A program made the position numbers and the translations under genes. The notes below the pieces were generated by a model. The model did no database searches. It saw only the letters and a list, made by a program, of their open reading frames with translations, and had not been told where the DNA came from. Below, piece by piece: positions 63,411 to 64,000 of a stretch of 64,000 nucleotides of DNA. Source of the DNA: a virus (taxonomy: Duplodnaviria > Caudoviricetes); the IMG/VR virus record IMGVR_UViG_3300021400_000262, positions 46,035-110,034 of that record. One strand, written 5' to 3'. The stretch's first letter is position 1, and each line of letters begins with the position of its first letter.

Positions 63411-64000
63411 ATGGCAAGTATAATATAGTTAAAAGATGCTGATGGAACAAATATTTATCCTATAACAAAGACTACTGCGGTATTTGATGAAAACGGAAAC
63501 AGTATTGAAAATAAATATATTAAAAGTGATAATACTTATATTCGGCTACTAAATGGTAATCATCTTGGCGCAGAAGGACTTGTTTTTAAAACATTATCTG
63601 ATAATATAACACGCGGTAGTTTAATTAATTTTTACGGGGATGGTTGGAATCAAACTGGTCTTAGAGCTGGAAATGATAATTATGCCGGTGAATTTAAAGT
63701 AATGAGACCAGGCAATGGTAGTGCTGACCCAGTAATGCAATTCCACAAATATGATAATGGTACATGGACATTTATTGGTAATATTGAACCAATTCAATGG
63801 AGTACTTCGTGGTTAAGATTCTCCGGAGGTATACAAATGTGTTGGGGCTGGGTTCAAAGTGTTGGTAGCGGAGGAACAGTTGTTAATTACCCTGTACCAT
63901 TTAACTTTGTTGGATCGATAGTAGCATTACCAGCTGTAAATAATCAGTGGGCATATATTCGATGTGAATATGATGGTAATAACCATTATAATTTTCTTCC
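63411..64000 (+). CDS. Tail fibre protein with a gp53-like C-terminal domain, 3'-truncated by the window edge
   Basis: AAGGAG RBS, ATG at 63411 (MASIIQLKDADGTNIYPITKTTAV, with one TAG). WLRFSGGIQMCWG...VNYPVPF motif. Confidence 0.7.

Noticed and set aside
400-64000. Apparent massive pseudogenisation or sequencing errors (fragmented ORFs)
   Set aside because: The interruptions are TAG only, frames never shift, and TAG aligns with Gln codons in repeats. This is recoding, not decay.
55736-64000. Shufflon or complete DGR in the fibre region
   Set aside because: No recombinase or RT, no inverted cassettes, and no adenine-specific repeat pair seen. The fibre repeats differ mostly at synonymous sites.
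1-64000. CRISPR array, rRNA, suppressor tRNA, lysis or capsid genes
   Set aside because: None recognised. The spacers are short and explained by terminators and promoters; these functions probably lie outside the window.

Overview
This window is the neck/tail/adsorption (late morphogenesis) region of a large, very AT-rich tailed phage, most likely siphovirus-type. The host is probably a Bacillota (Firmicutes) bacterium, given the strong AGGAGG RBSs and the BppU-like, InlB-B-repeat-like and BspA-like modules. The phage uses a recoded genetic code with TAG = Gln (table 15). The fragmented ORF track collapses into about 31 contiguous + strand genes ending in TAA/TGA, and TAG aligns with CAA/CAG in internal protein repeats. 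Gene order: head-tail/neck proteins, major tail protein, 2873-aa tape measure, a ~1.8k-aa tail-tip/central-fibre protein, a radical SAM/SPASM enzyme, baseplate/hub proteins, then ~32 kb of fibre and adhesin genes, including a 2572-aa CotH-kinase-like/LamG/LRR protein and a DUF6273-like protein. The most striking feature is at 21.0-23.2 kb. A group I intron without a homing endonuclease sits at the 3' end of the tail-tip gene. It has one predicted 5' splice site (after U21061) and two in-phase candidate 3' splice sites (G21407, G21587). Each 3' site is followed by a different Cys-rich C-terminal cassette, and the unspliced RNA gives a third C-terminus. The radical SAM/SPASM gene follows immediately. 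This suggests ribozyme-driven alternative splicing that diversifies a virion protein tip, possibly coupled to RiPP-like thioether modification. Coordinates were read by hand. For the very long genes, continuity rests on all same-frame fragments ending in TAG plus spot reading, not on a check of every codon.
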